Source of the DNA: Bacilli bacterium
GTDB lineage: Bacteria > Bacillota_I > Bacilli_A > RF39 > UBA660
DNA: 64,000 nucleotides
Direction: 5' to 3'
NCBI GenBank assembly: GCA_017432665.1
Contig: JAFRIS010000032.1
Location: 11,759 to 75,758 of the forward strand
Below, piece after piece: positions 54,647-63,161 of this stretch (positions are counted from its first letter, which is position 1; the number at the start of each line of letters is the position of its first letter). The notes under the pieces are model-generated. The model worked only from the letters and a program-made list of their open reading frames with translations. It was not told the origin of the DNA and searched no databases. The position numbers and the translations under genes were made by a program.

Positions 54647-57600
54647 ATGAAAAAGAAACTTATCTTATTAATTCTTTTATCATTACTTTTGGTAGGAGAT
54701 AAATTTAATAAAAAAGAAGATCAATATATAAGTAAAGCACTAAAAGAGGATGCTTACTCGTATTTATCTCCAGCAGCTAAAGAATATGTTAAAGAATATT
54801 ATGAAGCAACAGGTGAACTTATATTAACAGAACAAAATAAAGAGGAAAATGTCCCTTATTTAAATCCTCAATATATTAAGTATTTGGAACTATCTGAAAA
54901 AGAAAAAGAACAGGTTGAATACATTCCTGATTCAATAGTATTAGACTTTGTTGGTACAGAGGTAGAAGAAGCTAGTTATCCTAGTACTTATGATTTAAGA
55001 AATGTCAATAATAAGAATTTTATTACGCCAATGAAATATCAAGCTAATTTGCCTATCTGTTGGTCTTTTGCGACAGTAGAGAATGCTGAAACACTATTAT
55101 TGAAGAATAAAGATGTATCTTATAGTAGTTCTTCTGATGTCTTTTCAGTAAGACAAATAGATTATGCTTCATCTAATAATGGAATGATTGATAGATATAC
55201 TAGTGATAGTACAACTAATTGTAATCCACCCGATTCGTGTAGTTATGTTGCTTATACTAATTCTGATAATGCTAGTAGAGAAATTGCTTCTGGTGGCAAC
55301 TTCTACGTTTCATCAATTATCGCAGCTAATGGTTTAGCTTTTATGGCTGACAGTAATTTACCTTGGTCAGCTAATTCTCCAGCTAAATGGCCAAAAGATA
55401 TTTTAAATTATAATAAATCACTTTATGAAGTTAATTCGACTATTCAAATTCCCACAATTGAGTCCAATACAGCTAGTAGTGATACAATAAATAGTTATGT
55501 CAATAAAGTAAAAGGTTATATGCTTAGTTATGGAGGGCCTTTTGTAGGTACTTATTCTCCTGATTGTAGTTGTGGATTTACCAATACAGATGGTAATAAA
55601 GTAATGAAAACAGATGATTGTGCTACTGTTAATCAAAATCAAGGTCATGCTATGCAAATAATTGGTTGGAATGATAATTACAGTTATGCTTATTGTGATG
55701 CTGGTACTAGTCATTATTCTGCTAGTAATGGATCTTGTAGTAGTGGTACTTATAAAACAGGTAAAGGTGCTTGGTTAGTAAGAAATTCTTGGGGAAATGA
55801 TACACCATATAAATATGTTTATATTACATATGATTCTACAAGATTAATTACTTCTTTTATTACTTCATTAACTAGAATGGATAGTAGATATTGGGATAAT
55901 AATTATCACGTTAATCCTTGGGTAAATCAAACAATGTCTAGTGGCCTTTATACTACTGCAGCTCAAATGATGGAATTTGATACCCATAATAAGAAACCTG
56001 AAAGATTGGAAAAAGTGAAAATACTAAATGCTTCTACAAATGCTAACTATACTTTAACTATTAATACAGGAACTAATGTTTATACTAATGTAGCTACTGC
56101 TACTGTTGCAGAACCAGGTTTTTATACTTTTAATCTTGGTAGTAAAAATATAATTTTAGATAATCAAGAATTCAAAGTAACAGTTTCAAGTACTAATGGA
56201 AGTAGATTTGTTTATGATGGAATATCTGTATTTACTGCGAATGTTAGAGATAATTATGATTTATATCCAATAGTAAGCGGTAGTGGAACTACATATGATG
56301 AAGATGAATCTGGAGTAATTGATACTGATAATCCGCTCTTTATAGAATCTACTAATTCTATTTATCAATTGAATTTAGAGTATTATAGTAAGAATCTACC
56401 TGCAAATGCTGAATTAAGTTATCGAGTAATGGATGGTACTAATAATGTTACTAGTGATTATTTTACTAACTGGAGAAGAGATAAATTAGTTAATTTATAT
56501 GGTTTAATTAGATTAGAGCCAAAGCTTAATAATAGTGTTTGTGGAAAAACAGTTACTTTTGAATTACTATATAATAATCAAGTGATTAAATCAGTTCCGT
56601 TAAAAAGAATATGTAAGCCTACTAGCGGTAGTTATACATATTCTACTTCAAATATAAAATTTAATAAGAATGATGGTAGCTATTATTCTACAACTGAAAA
56701 GTGGAAAGACTTATCTTATTATGCTTTAATGACATCTAACGGACAAAGTAATGTTGATATTAATAATATGAACAGATTATTTAGATATGATAAGCATATT
56801 ACTAGTTGGAACACTAAAGCAGATGGTACTGGTACTATGTATAAGAATGATTCTTTCTTGTTATATCATGATTTAGATTTATATGCTCAATGGGGTAATG
56901 GACATACTTATCAAATTGTTTATTACTGTCCATATAATGTTTGTAAAGAAAATGACTCTATATCTAATAATTATACTAAAAATTATGGAACACAATTTGC
57001 TTTGAATAATAATAGCTTTACTAATTTAAGTGGTAAAGAATTCTCATATTGGAGGATTAATGATGAAGTTTATTATGAAGAAGAAAAAGTAGTGGATATA
57101 GCTCCTATGACTAGTCCATATAATGCTGATAATTATGTTTCTATTGAACCAGTATGGACAAGTGATTATAAGACTATTAATTTTAATGCTAATGGTGGTA
57201 GTGGAAGTATGCGAGCTACGAAGTTAACTACTGGTAAGAACATTAGATTAAAATATAATTTATTTACTAAAGCAAACAATAACTTTATAGGTTGGAATAC
57301 AAAAGCAGATGGCTCAGGAGATTCATACACTAATGGACAAGTAATCACTGTTGCTAGTGATTTAACATTATATGCTCAATGGTCTGAATCTACTAATCCA
57401 ATTAATAGTATTAGTCTAAATAAAGGTACTTTAAATCTAGTAGTAGGTGGTAGTGAAACATTAATAGCTACTATTGCTCCAAGTAATACAACAGATAGCA
57501 AAGTAATAACTTGGACAAGTAGTAATACTAATGTAGCGACTGTAACTAATGGTGTAATAAAAGCAATAGGTTCAGGTACAGCTGTTATTACTGCAACGAC

Positions 57601-58468
57601 AGTAAATAATTTAAAAGCTACTTGTGTAGTTACAGTTTCAGATCAAGTGCTAATCCCAACTAATATTAGTTTATCTACTACTAAGTTTTCACTTGAAATA
57701 GGAAAGAGTCGTAATTTAACAGTTACTATTACACCAAGTAATGCTTTAGATAAATCTGTTACTTGGACATCAAGCGATAATAGTATTGCTAGAGTAAATA
57801 ATGGAGTAGTAACAGCTGTTGCTTCAGGTAAAGCAACAATTACTGCAACAACGGTAAATAATTTAAAGGCTACTTGTGTAGTTACAGTAGTACCTAAATT
57901 TAATTTTACTGATGTATCTGTAAATAGTTGGTACTATGAATCTGTTAAACAAGCTTATCAAAGAGGAATAATTGCTGGCTATAATGCTACTAAATTTGGT
58001 CCTAATGATAAAATAACTAGAGGACAGTTAGTAACTATTTTATGGAGAATAGAAGGATCTCCAAGTGGTATTGCTTATAGTAACAAATTTGATGATGTAG
58101 GTATTGGACAATACTATACAGATGCAGTAAAATGGGCGGCTACTAAAGATATTGTTCATGGTTATAGTTCAAATAAGTTTGGTCCTAACAATCCGATAAT
58201 TAGACAAGATTTAGCAGTTATATTAAATAATTATGCAAGATATAAAAAAGTTAACTCAACAGGTACAACTAGTTTGACAAGCTTTGCTGATTATAGTAAA
58301 GTAAAAAACCAGTATTCAGAACCAGCACTTAAATGGGCAGTACAGTACAAAGTAATGAATGGTAAAACAATTAATAACAAAAAGTATTTAGCGCCAGGAA
58401 GTAATACAACTCGTGCAGAAGCAGCAGCTATGGTTGTTAACTTTATGAATACGTTTAATATTGGGTGA
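54647..58468 (+). CDS. SLH-anchored papain-like (C1) cysteine protease with Listeria-Bacteroides-type repeats, 2 Big_2 and 3 SLH domains
   Basis: QANLPICWSFATVENAE (Gln/Cys138), QGHAMQIIGWND (His334), WLVRNSWG (Asn). FIGWNTKADGSGDSYTNGQVITVASDLTLYAQW repeats. SLH triplet. Confidence 0.8.
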   Translation: MKKKLILLILLSLLLVGDKFNKKEDQYISKALKEDAYSYLSPAAKEYVKEYYEATGELILTEQNKEENVPYLNPQYIKYLELSEKEKEQVEYIPDSIVLDFVGTEVEEASYPSTYDLRNVNNKNFITPMKYQANLPICWSFATVENAETLLLKNKDVSYSSSSDVFSVRQIDYASSNNGMIDRYTSDSTTNCNPPDSCSYVAYTNSDNASREIASGGNFYVSSIIAANGLAFMADSNLPWSANSPAKWPKDILNYNKSLYEVNSTIQIPTIESNTASSDTINSYVNKVKGYMLSYGGPFVGTYSPDCSCGFTNTDGNKVMKTDDCATVNQNQGHAMQIIGWNDNYSYAYCDAGTSHYSASNGSCSSGTYKTGKGAWLVRNSWGNDTPYKYVYITYDSTRLITSFITSLTRMDSRYWDNNYHVNPWVNQTMSSGLYTTAAQMMEFDTHNKKPERLEKVKILNASTNANYTLTINTGTNVYTNVATATVAEPGFYTFNLGSKNIILDNQEFKVTVSSTNGSRFVYDGISVFTANVRDNYDLYPIVSGSGTTYDEDESGVIDTDNPLFIESTNSIYQLNLEYYSKNLPANAELSYRVMDGTNNVTSDYFTNWRRDKLVNLYGLIRLEPKLNNSVCGKTVTFELLYNNQVIKSVPLKRICKPTSGSYTYSTSNIKFNKNDGSYYSTTEKWKDLSYYALMTSNGQSNVDINNMNRLFRYDKHITSWNTKADGTGTMYKNDSFLLYHDLDLYAQWGNGHTYQIVYYCPYNVCKENDSISNNYTKNYGTQFALNNNSFTNLSGKEFSYWRINDEVYYEEEKVVDIAPMTSPYNADNYVSIEPVWTSDYKTINFNANGGSGSMRATKLTTGKNIRLKYNLFTKANNNFIGWNTKADGSGDSYTNGQVITVASDLTLYAQWSESTNPINSISLNKGTLNLVVGGSETLIATIAPSNTTDSKVITWTSSNTNVATVTNGVIKAIGSGTAVITATTVNNLKATCVVTVSDQVLIPTNISLSTTKFSLEIGKSRNLTVTITPSNALDKSVTWTSSDNSIARVNNGVVTAVASGKATITATTVNNLKATCVVTVVPKFNFTDVSVNSWYYESVKQAYQRGIIAGYNATKFGPNDKITRGQLVTILWRIEGSPSGIAYSNKFDDVGIGQYYTDAVKWAATKDIVHGYSSNKFGPNNPIIRQDLAVILNNYARYKKVNSTGTTSLTSFADYSKVKNQYSEPALKWAVQYKVMNGKTINNKKYLAPGSNTTRAEAAAMVVNFMNTFNIG

Positions 58469-58472
58469 TTAA

Positions 58473-58940
58473 ATGGAAAAAACTAATGTAATGCGTATAT
58501 TAGAACAAAAGAAAATTGATTATAAAAGCTACAGTTATGTAGGAACTGATGCTATTAGTGGTACAGAAGTAGCTGAAGTATTAAATGAAGATCCTAATCG
58601 CGTTTTTAAGACTTTGGTAACTGTTTCTAATACTAATAATTATTATGTTTTTGTAATACCTGTAAACAAAGAATTGGATTTAAAGAAAGCTGCTAAAGCA
58701 GTAGGAGTAAAAAGTGTTTCTATGTTAAAACAAAAAGACTTATTACCTTTAACTGGTTATATCCATGGAGGTTGTTCTCCTATTGGTATGAAAAAGAGCT
58801 TTTTAACTACATTTGATAGTACTAGTAAAAACTATGAAACAATTATGTTTAGTGCTGGTAAAATAGGTTATCAAGTAGAAGTAAATATTAATGATCTTTT
58901 AGGTATTATAAAACTACAAGTTGCTGATATAATTGTTTAA
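58473..58940 (+). CDS. ybaK: Cys-tRNA(Pro)/Cys-tRNA(Cys) deacylase YbaK
   Basis: MEKTNVMRILEQKKIDY.., FKTLV, GGCSPIG. Typical 155-aa length. Confidence 0.85.
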   Translation: MEKTNVMRILEQKKIDYKSYSYVGTDAISGTEVAEVLNEDPNRVFKTLVTVSNTNNYYVFVIPVNKELDLKKAAKAVGVKSVSMLKQKDLLPLTGYIHGGCSPIGMKKSFLTTFDSTSKNYETIMFSAGKIGYQVEVNINDLLGIIKLQVADIIV

Positions 58941-58942
58941 AA

Positions 58943-58965
58943 AGTAGATATTTTCTACTTTTTTT
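58943..58965 (+). terminator. Intrinsic terminator
   Basis: AGTAGA-tattt-TCTACT plus T run. Confidence 0.7.
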
Positions 58966-58989
58966 AATATACTAAATATAGGTGATGAT

Positions 58990-59877
58990 ATGAACAGTAA
59001 TTCAATAATAGAAAGAGAAAAATCATATATTGAAGAAATATGTAATTTTCATAATTATGATAGTAATCTTAGACATTTACTATATATTATTATCCCAGCA
59101 TTTATTATTAAATATGGTATTGCTAAAGAAAAATTAATATTAGATACTTTTAAAGATATAAAGATAAGTATTAATCCAAAAGAAAGTAAAATAATAAAAG
59201 CTTATTATTTGTCAACTCCAACTAAAGTAAATAATCAATATAAGACTACTAAGAATATGGTAATTAATAATTATCGTAATATAGGTTTAGTAGAATTATT
59301 AGATAACTTAGTTCATGAATTTAATCATGCAGTTAATTCCTATGTTAATGAAATAAAAGTTACTAATAATTATATTTTATTAAGAACTGGTTTAACTTTT
59401 CGTGTTTATAATAGAGATTTAAGTTTTGTAAAGAAAGATGAATCATTTATTTTGGAAGAAATAATTAATACTAAGCAAACTGAAGATATTATTAATATTA
59501 TTAAAGAATTTGATTCTAATGATCCTACTATATATGCAATAAATTCAGAAACAGACCATAAATATAATTCTAATGCTTATTATTTACAAAGTTATATTTG
59601 TAAAGAAATATTAAATAATAGAACTTTTATTTCTACACTAGAAAAACTAAGAATTGCTGGAGAAGTATATGATATAAATAATTGGTTTGATAGTATTATT
59701 GGAACTAAAGGAAAATATAAGGAATTAAACAAATTGTTAAATGAAGTATATGAGTTAGAAATTAGTTTGGTAGATAAAAATTTATTTAAAAAGATTACTA
59801 TTAATAAAATTAGAAGTAAATCGAGAGATATTATGAAAATAGTAGGGGATTTTAATAGTAATGTTAATTTCAAATAG
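58990..59877 (+). CDS. Hypothetical protein with HExxH zinc-metallopeptidase-like motif
   Basis: LDNLVHEFNHAVNSY. No other recognisable family signature. Confidence 0.45.
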   Translation: MNSNSIIEREKSYIEEICNFHNYDSNLRHLLYIIIPAFIIKYGIAKEKLILDTFKDIKISINPKESKIIKAYYLSTPTKVNNQYKTTKNMVINNYRNIGLVELLDNLVHEFNHAVNSYVNEIKVTNNYILLRTGLTFRVYNRDLSFVKKDESFILEEIINTKQTEDIINIIKEFDSNDPTIYAINSETDHKYNSNAYYLQSYICKEILNNRTFISTLEKLRIAGEVYDINNWFDSIIGTKGKYKELNKLLNEVYELEISLVDKNLFKKITINKIRSKSRDIMKIVGDFNSNVNFK

Positions 59878-59982
59878 TTATTGATTTCAAAAAAAGAAAT
59901 AAAACCTATATTTATAGGTTTTTTCTTTTTTATACTTGCAATTTTCTATCTATTTTGATATTATTATTATGCAACTTGACAT

Positions 59983-60059
59983 GGCGAGATAGCTCAGTTG
60001 GCTAGAGCGCTCGGTTCATACCCGAAAGGTCGTGGGTTCGACTCCCTCTCTCGCTACCA
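59983..60059 (+). tRNA. tRNA-Met, elongator type (anticodon CAU)
   Basis: Very close to the Bacillus elongator tRNA-Met as I remember it (GGCG..TAGCTCAG.TGGCTAGAGCG..CGGTTCATACCCG). Encoded CCA. A hairpin terminator follows at about 60068-60093. Confidence 0.85.
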
Positions 60060-60119
60060 TGTATATTAAGGACTAGTAATTAGTCCTTTTTTATTTTATA
60101 ATAATTTAGAGGAGTTATT

Positions 60120-60458
60120 ATGACACATGAAATGAAATTGAAAGAAAAATATTATAATTATATGCTTCATGGTACTAAGAGAATTGAAATAAGACTATTA
60201 GATGAGAAAAGACAAAAGATTAAGATTGGTGATACAATTAGATTTTCTAAGTATGAAAATTTAGATGAATCATTTGAAGTAAAAGTGCTTGATTTATTAA
60301 AGTATGATTCATTTGAAAAATTAATTAATAGTTATAATATTGAATTACTCGCAGATAAGTCTATGACTAAAGAAGATTTGCTAGAAGTATTTAATGAGTT
60401 CTATACTAAAGAAGAACAAGATAAATATGGAGTAGTTGGAATAAAAATAGAAGTATAG
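60120..60458 (+). CDS. ASCH (ASC-1 homology, PUA-like) domain protein
   Basis: LKEKYYNYMLHGTKRIEIRLLDEKRQKIKIGDTIRF pattern. 112 aa. Confidence 0.55.
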   Translation: MTHEMKLKEKYYNYMLHGTKRIEIRLLDEKRQKIKIGDTIRFSKYENLDESFEVKVLDLLKYDSFEKLINSYNIELLADKSMTKEDLLEVFNEFYTKEEQDKYGVVGIKIEV

Positions 60459-60468
60459 AGGTGTTATT

Positions 60469-61104
60469 ATGAAGAAGCTAAGTTTGAATCATTGGTTTGT
60501 TAGAGATAACAGATTAGAAATTGCTTTAATGCATTTTTATGTATGTCTTGATATTGAATACAATAATTGTGTAATGAGTGTCTTTGATGAAGATGCTAAT
60601 GAAACTAGATATAAGTTTAATAGTTTAGAAGATGCTATTAAGTTTACTGAAGAATTTATTGCTAGTTGTAATAGTATTCAAGCAATTTCTGAGACATATA
60701 AAGTTCTAAATAATGAGGATGCTAAAAAGAATGTTTATTTAAATCCAGAGGTTGTTGATGAGGCTCTTTTTGAATACTTTAGTCAAGGTAAAGATTATAA
60801 TGTTTCAGTAAAAGAGGAATTATCAATTGAAAATAATCAACCTAAAATAGATTTCTATTTACTAGAACATTTAAAATATGGTGATATGGTAGAAATTGCT
60901 AAAACTAAATTGACTGAAGAGGATTTATATAAAGCATTTAACTTTTATGTAAAAGACTTAGATTATGAAGTAAAAGATTTTAAATATATTGGGGGAATTC
61001 ATAGAGTGGGTTACTCTTTTGATCAAGATACTCCTCATTATGAAGGCATACAGCTAAATGTGATTGAAAAGAAACAAGAAAAAGTATTAAATAGGAAGGT
61101 GTAA
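60469..61104 (+). CDS. Hypothetical protein
   Basis: ORF with GAGGTG SD. No motif recognised. Confidence 0.45.
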   Translation: MKKLSLNHWFVRDNRLEIALMHFYVCLDIEYNNCVMSVFDEDANETRYKFNSLEDAIKFTEEFIASCNSIQAISETYKVLNNEDAKKNVYLNPEVVDEALFEYFSQGKDYNVSVKEELSIENNQPKIDFYLLEHLKYGDMVEIAKTKLTEEDLYKAFNFYVKDLDYEVKDFKYIGGIHRVGYSFDQDTPHYEGIQLNVIEKKQEKVLNRKV

Positions 61105-61106
61105 TT

Positions 61107-61478
61107 ATGAGAAAAAAACTATTTAGTGTAGTTATTATTTGTTTATTAATGATTAGTTTAACAGGTTGTGTTAATAATAGCGGAAAGGTTAATTTAAAAA
61201 TTGATTGTGATGGAAAAGATATTTCTAATAAGTTTGTAGAGGGAGATAAGTTTAATTGCGAGTTATTTGGAGATGAATTTGAAATAACTATTAAGAAAGT
61301 AGAAAAAGAAAAAATAACTTTAAAAGCAGATCGTTATGGATTGTTTCAAGAAAGAGATGACGGAACATATAGTTTAATCGATGATGTTGATGAATTTGAA
61401 GTTGTAAAAGGTAAAACAACTACTCTAGCATTACAAGTAACTGATGCTTCTGCTACGATAAAAATTGATTGGAAATAA
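61107..61478 (+). CDS. Small lipoprotein
   Basis: Lipobox SLTG|C after a hydrophobic leader. Confidence 0.6.
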   Translation: MRKKLFSVVIICLLMISLTGCVNNSGKVNLKIDCDGKDISNKFVEGDKFNCELFGDEFEITIKKVEKEKITLKADRYGLFQERDDGTYSLIDDVDEFEVVKGKTTTLALQVTDASATIKIDWK

Positions 61479-61484
61479 AAATAT

Positions 61485-62147
61485 ATGAAGAATATTAAAA
61501 TATCGCTAGTATTAAATGTAATAATAGTTCTATTGGTAGTATTTGCTTCATTTTGTATGTTTACCGGCTTTAGATTTATGAGCGGAAGTGAAATAGTATT
61601 AGAATCTAATAGCTTAGAAATGCTTAAATACTTTACTGTAGATTCTAATTTATTTATTGGTATAGTAGCTTTAATATTTTCTTATTATGAATTTGTTTTA
61701 TTAAAAAAAGAAATTAAGAAAATACCTAGAGTTATGTATATATTAAAATTAATGGCTACTACTGGTGTTGCTTTAACATTTTTAATTACTTTCACTTATT
61801 TAGCTTACATAATAGATGGTGGAGTAAAAGTATTAATAATGAATAGTAATTTGTTTTTTCATTTGATTATACCAGTACTTAGTATAATAACTTTTATGCT
61901 TTTTGAAAAAAACAAGGTATTATCATTTAAAGATTCATTTTACGGACTAATGCCAATGTTTGTATATGCAATATTTTATTTAGGAAATATTTTAATTCAT
62001 ATGGAAAATGGTAAAGTAGAACCTATCTATGATTGGTATTGGTTTGTTCAGAATGGAGTATGGACAATAATTATAGTAATGCCTATTATGACTTTGCTAA
62101 CATATGGAATTAGTTTTATATTATGGAAAACAAATAAGGAGAAGTAA
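61485..62147 (+). CDS. Polytopic membrane protein (possibly Pr6Pr/FAR-17a-like)
   Basis: 6 TM segments. YFTVDSNLFIGIVALIF resembles that family's signature (unverified). Confidence 0.4.
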   Translation: MKNIKISLVLNVIIVLLVVFASFCMFTGFRFMSGSEIVLESNSLEMLKYFTVDSNLFIGIVALIFSYYEFVLLKKEIKKIPRVMYILKLMATTGVALTFLITFTYLAYIIDGGVKVLIMNSNLFFHLIIPVLSIITFMLFEKNKVLSFKDSFYGLMPMFVYAIFYLGNILIHMENGKVEPIYDWYWFVQNGVWTIIIVMPIMTLLTYGISFILWKTNKEK

Positions 62148-62651
62148 ATGAAAGATAAAATAAGATTAGTTGGCTGGATATTTATATTTGTTGTTTGTAT
62201 TGGAATATTATTTTTGGGGATAAGATTTATTATGGTTAAAGATCAACATACAGAAGAATTAATGGAATTACCTAATCCTTTAACGGAAGTTAAAAGTGCT
62301 GATGAAATGCGTCTATATTTAGGTTATAATGTTCCAGTAATTCTAGATAAAGATGTCGATAAGTATATTGTTATTGGTAATGATAAATATGCTAATCACG
62401 GTAGGATTATTTATAAAGATAAATCACAATTTGATATAGAAAAAGATATTGATGATCCTAGTGGTATTTATGGAGGAGTAAAAGCAAAAGAAGAAAGTAT
62501 TAGTGGAATAAATATAGAACTATATACATATGAAGATACTTCTTATGCTATTTGGAAATATAATGATTATGCATACTCATATTCAATGATTAATAGCGAT
62601 GAAAATAATCTAAATATAGAAGTAAACAAAATTATTAAAATAATTAGGTAG
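62148..62651 (+). CDS. Membrane-anchored hypothetical protein
   Basis: N-terminal TM segment. Stop/start abutment with the upstream gene. Confidence 0.45.
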   Translation: MKDKIRLVGWIFIFVVCIGILFLGIRFIMVKDQHTEELMELPNPLTEVKSADEMRLYLGYNVPVILDKDVDKYIVIGNDKYANHGRIIYKDKSQFDIEKDIDDPSGIYGGVKAKEESISGINIELYTYEDTSYAIWKYNDYAYSYSMINSDENNLNIEVNKIIKIIR

Positions 62652-62659
62652 GTGATTAT

Positions 62660-63088
62660 ATGTATCTAGCAAACTCTAGTTCATATATATCTGGACTATT
62701 TAATTTGTCTTCTAGTGTTTCTAAAACAATAGGACCTTCTTATATTCAAGCAGATTGTTTTGAAAAGAAGGATTATAAAAAGAAGTTTATTGAAATGTAT
62801 GAGATACCGAAAGAAGAGTTTAATATAGAAAAATATGATAATAGTCTAGAACAATTATTAATTGACTTATTAGGTAATAATAAAGATTTAATAGAAGGAT
62901 TATTACATTGGCTACATATAGAATCTGGAGATGTAAAAGAAATATATACGGTCCCAGAAGATTCTAATGTGATGAACTATATCGGATCAGAATACAATGG
63001 TTACGGACCTTTCTTTTTCTGTGAGGATTTATACTTTATAGAAACAGATAGGATGATTATATGCTTATTAATTGGAAATGATGAATAA
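62660..63088 (+). CDS. Hypothetical protein
   Basis: GGTGAT SD. No motif recognised. A terminator follows at 63091-63112. Confidence 0.4.
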   Translation: MYLANSSSYISGLFNLSSSVSKTIGPSYIQADCFEKKDYKKKFIEMYEIPKEEFNIEKYDNSLEQLLIDLLGNNKDLIEGLLHWLHIESGDVKEIYTVPEDSNVMNYIGSEYNGYGPFFFCEDLYFIETDRMIICLLIGNDE

Positions 63089-63161
63089 AAAAGTCAGAAA
63101 TTGACTTTTTTATTTTGTAAACTTGTGATACAATTTATTGTGAGAATAGAGGTGTGGCTTT

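Noticed and set aside
331-59873. Short antisense or out-of-frame ORFs in the track. These are 331-561, 1196-1501, 4654-4945, 6630-6839, 8828-9076, 10814-10999, 11229-11696, 12078-12344, 15042-15532, 23232-23447, 26617-26826, 31309-31694, 32455-33049, 34031-34300, 43589-43909, 44536-44805, 45559-45759, 46371-46571, 47877-48433, 52391-52699, 53225-53692, 55418-55714, 57166-57348 and 59592-59873.
   Set aside because: Each lies inside, and opposite to or out of frame with, a gene carrying clear family motifs. Their translations are low-complexity (I/L/F/S/T-rich), and none has a convincing SD. The two long ones in the 52-54 kb region are simply the antisense of the Thr/Val/Ala-rich Big_2 repeats.
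9778-60059. tRNA genes as integration sites of genomic islands or prophages.
   Set aside because: The window contains no integrase, recombinase, transposase or phage structural genes, and I could not spot a duplicated tRNA 3' segment downstream of any of the four tRNAs.
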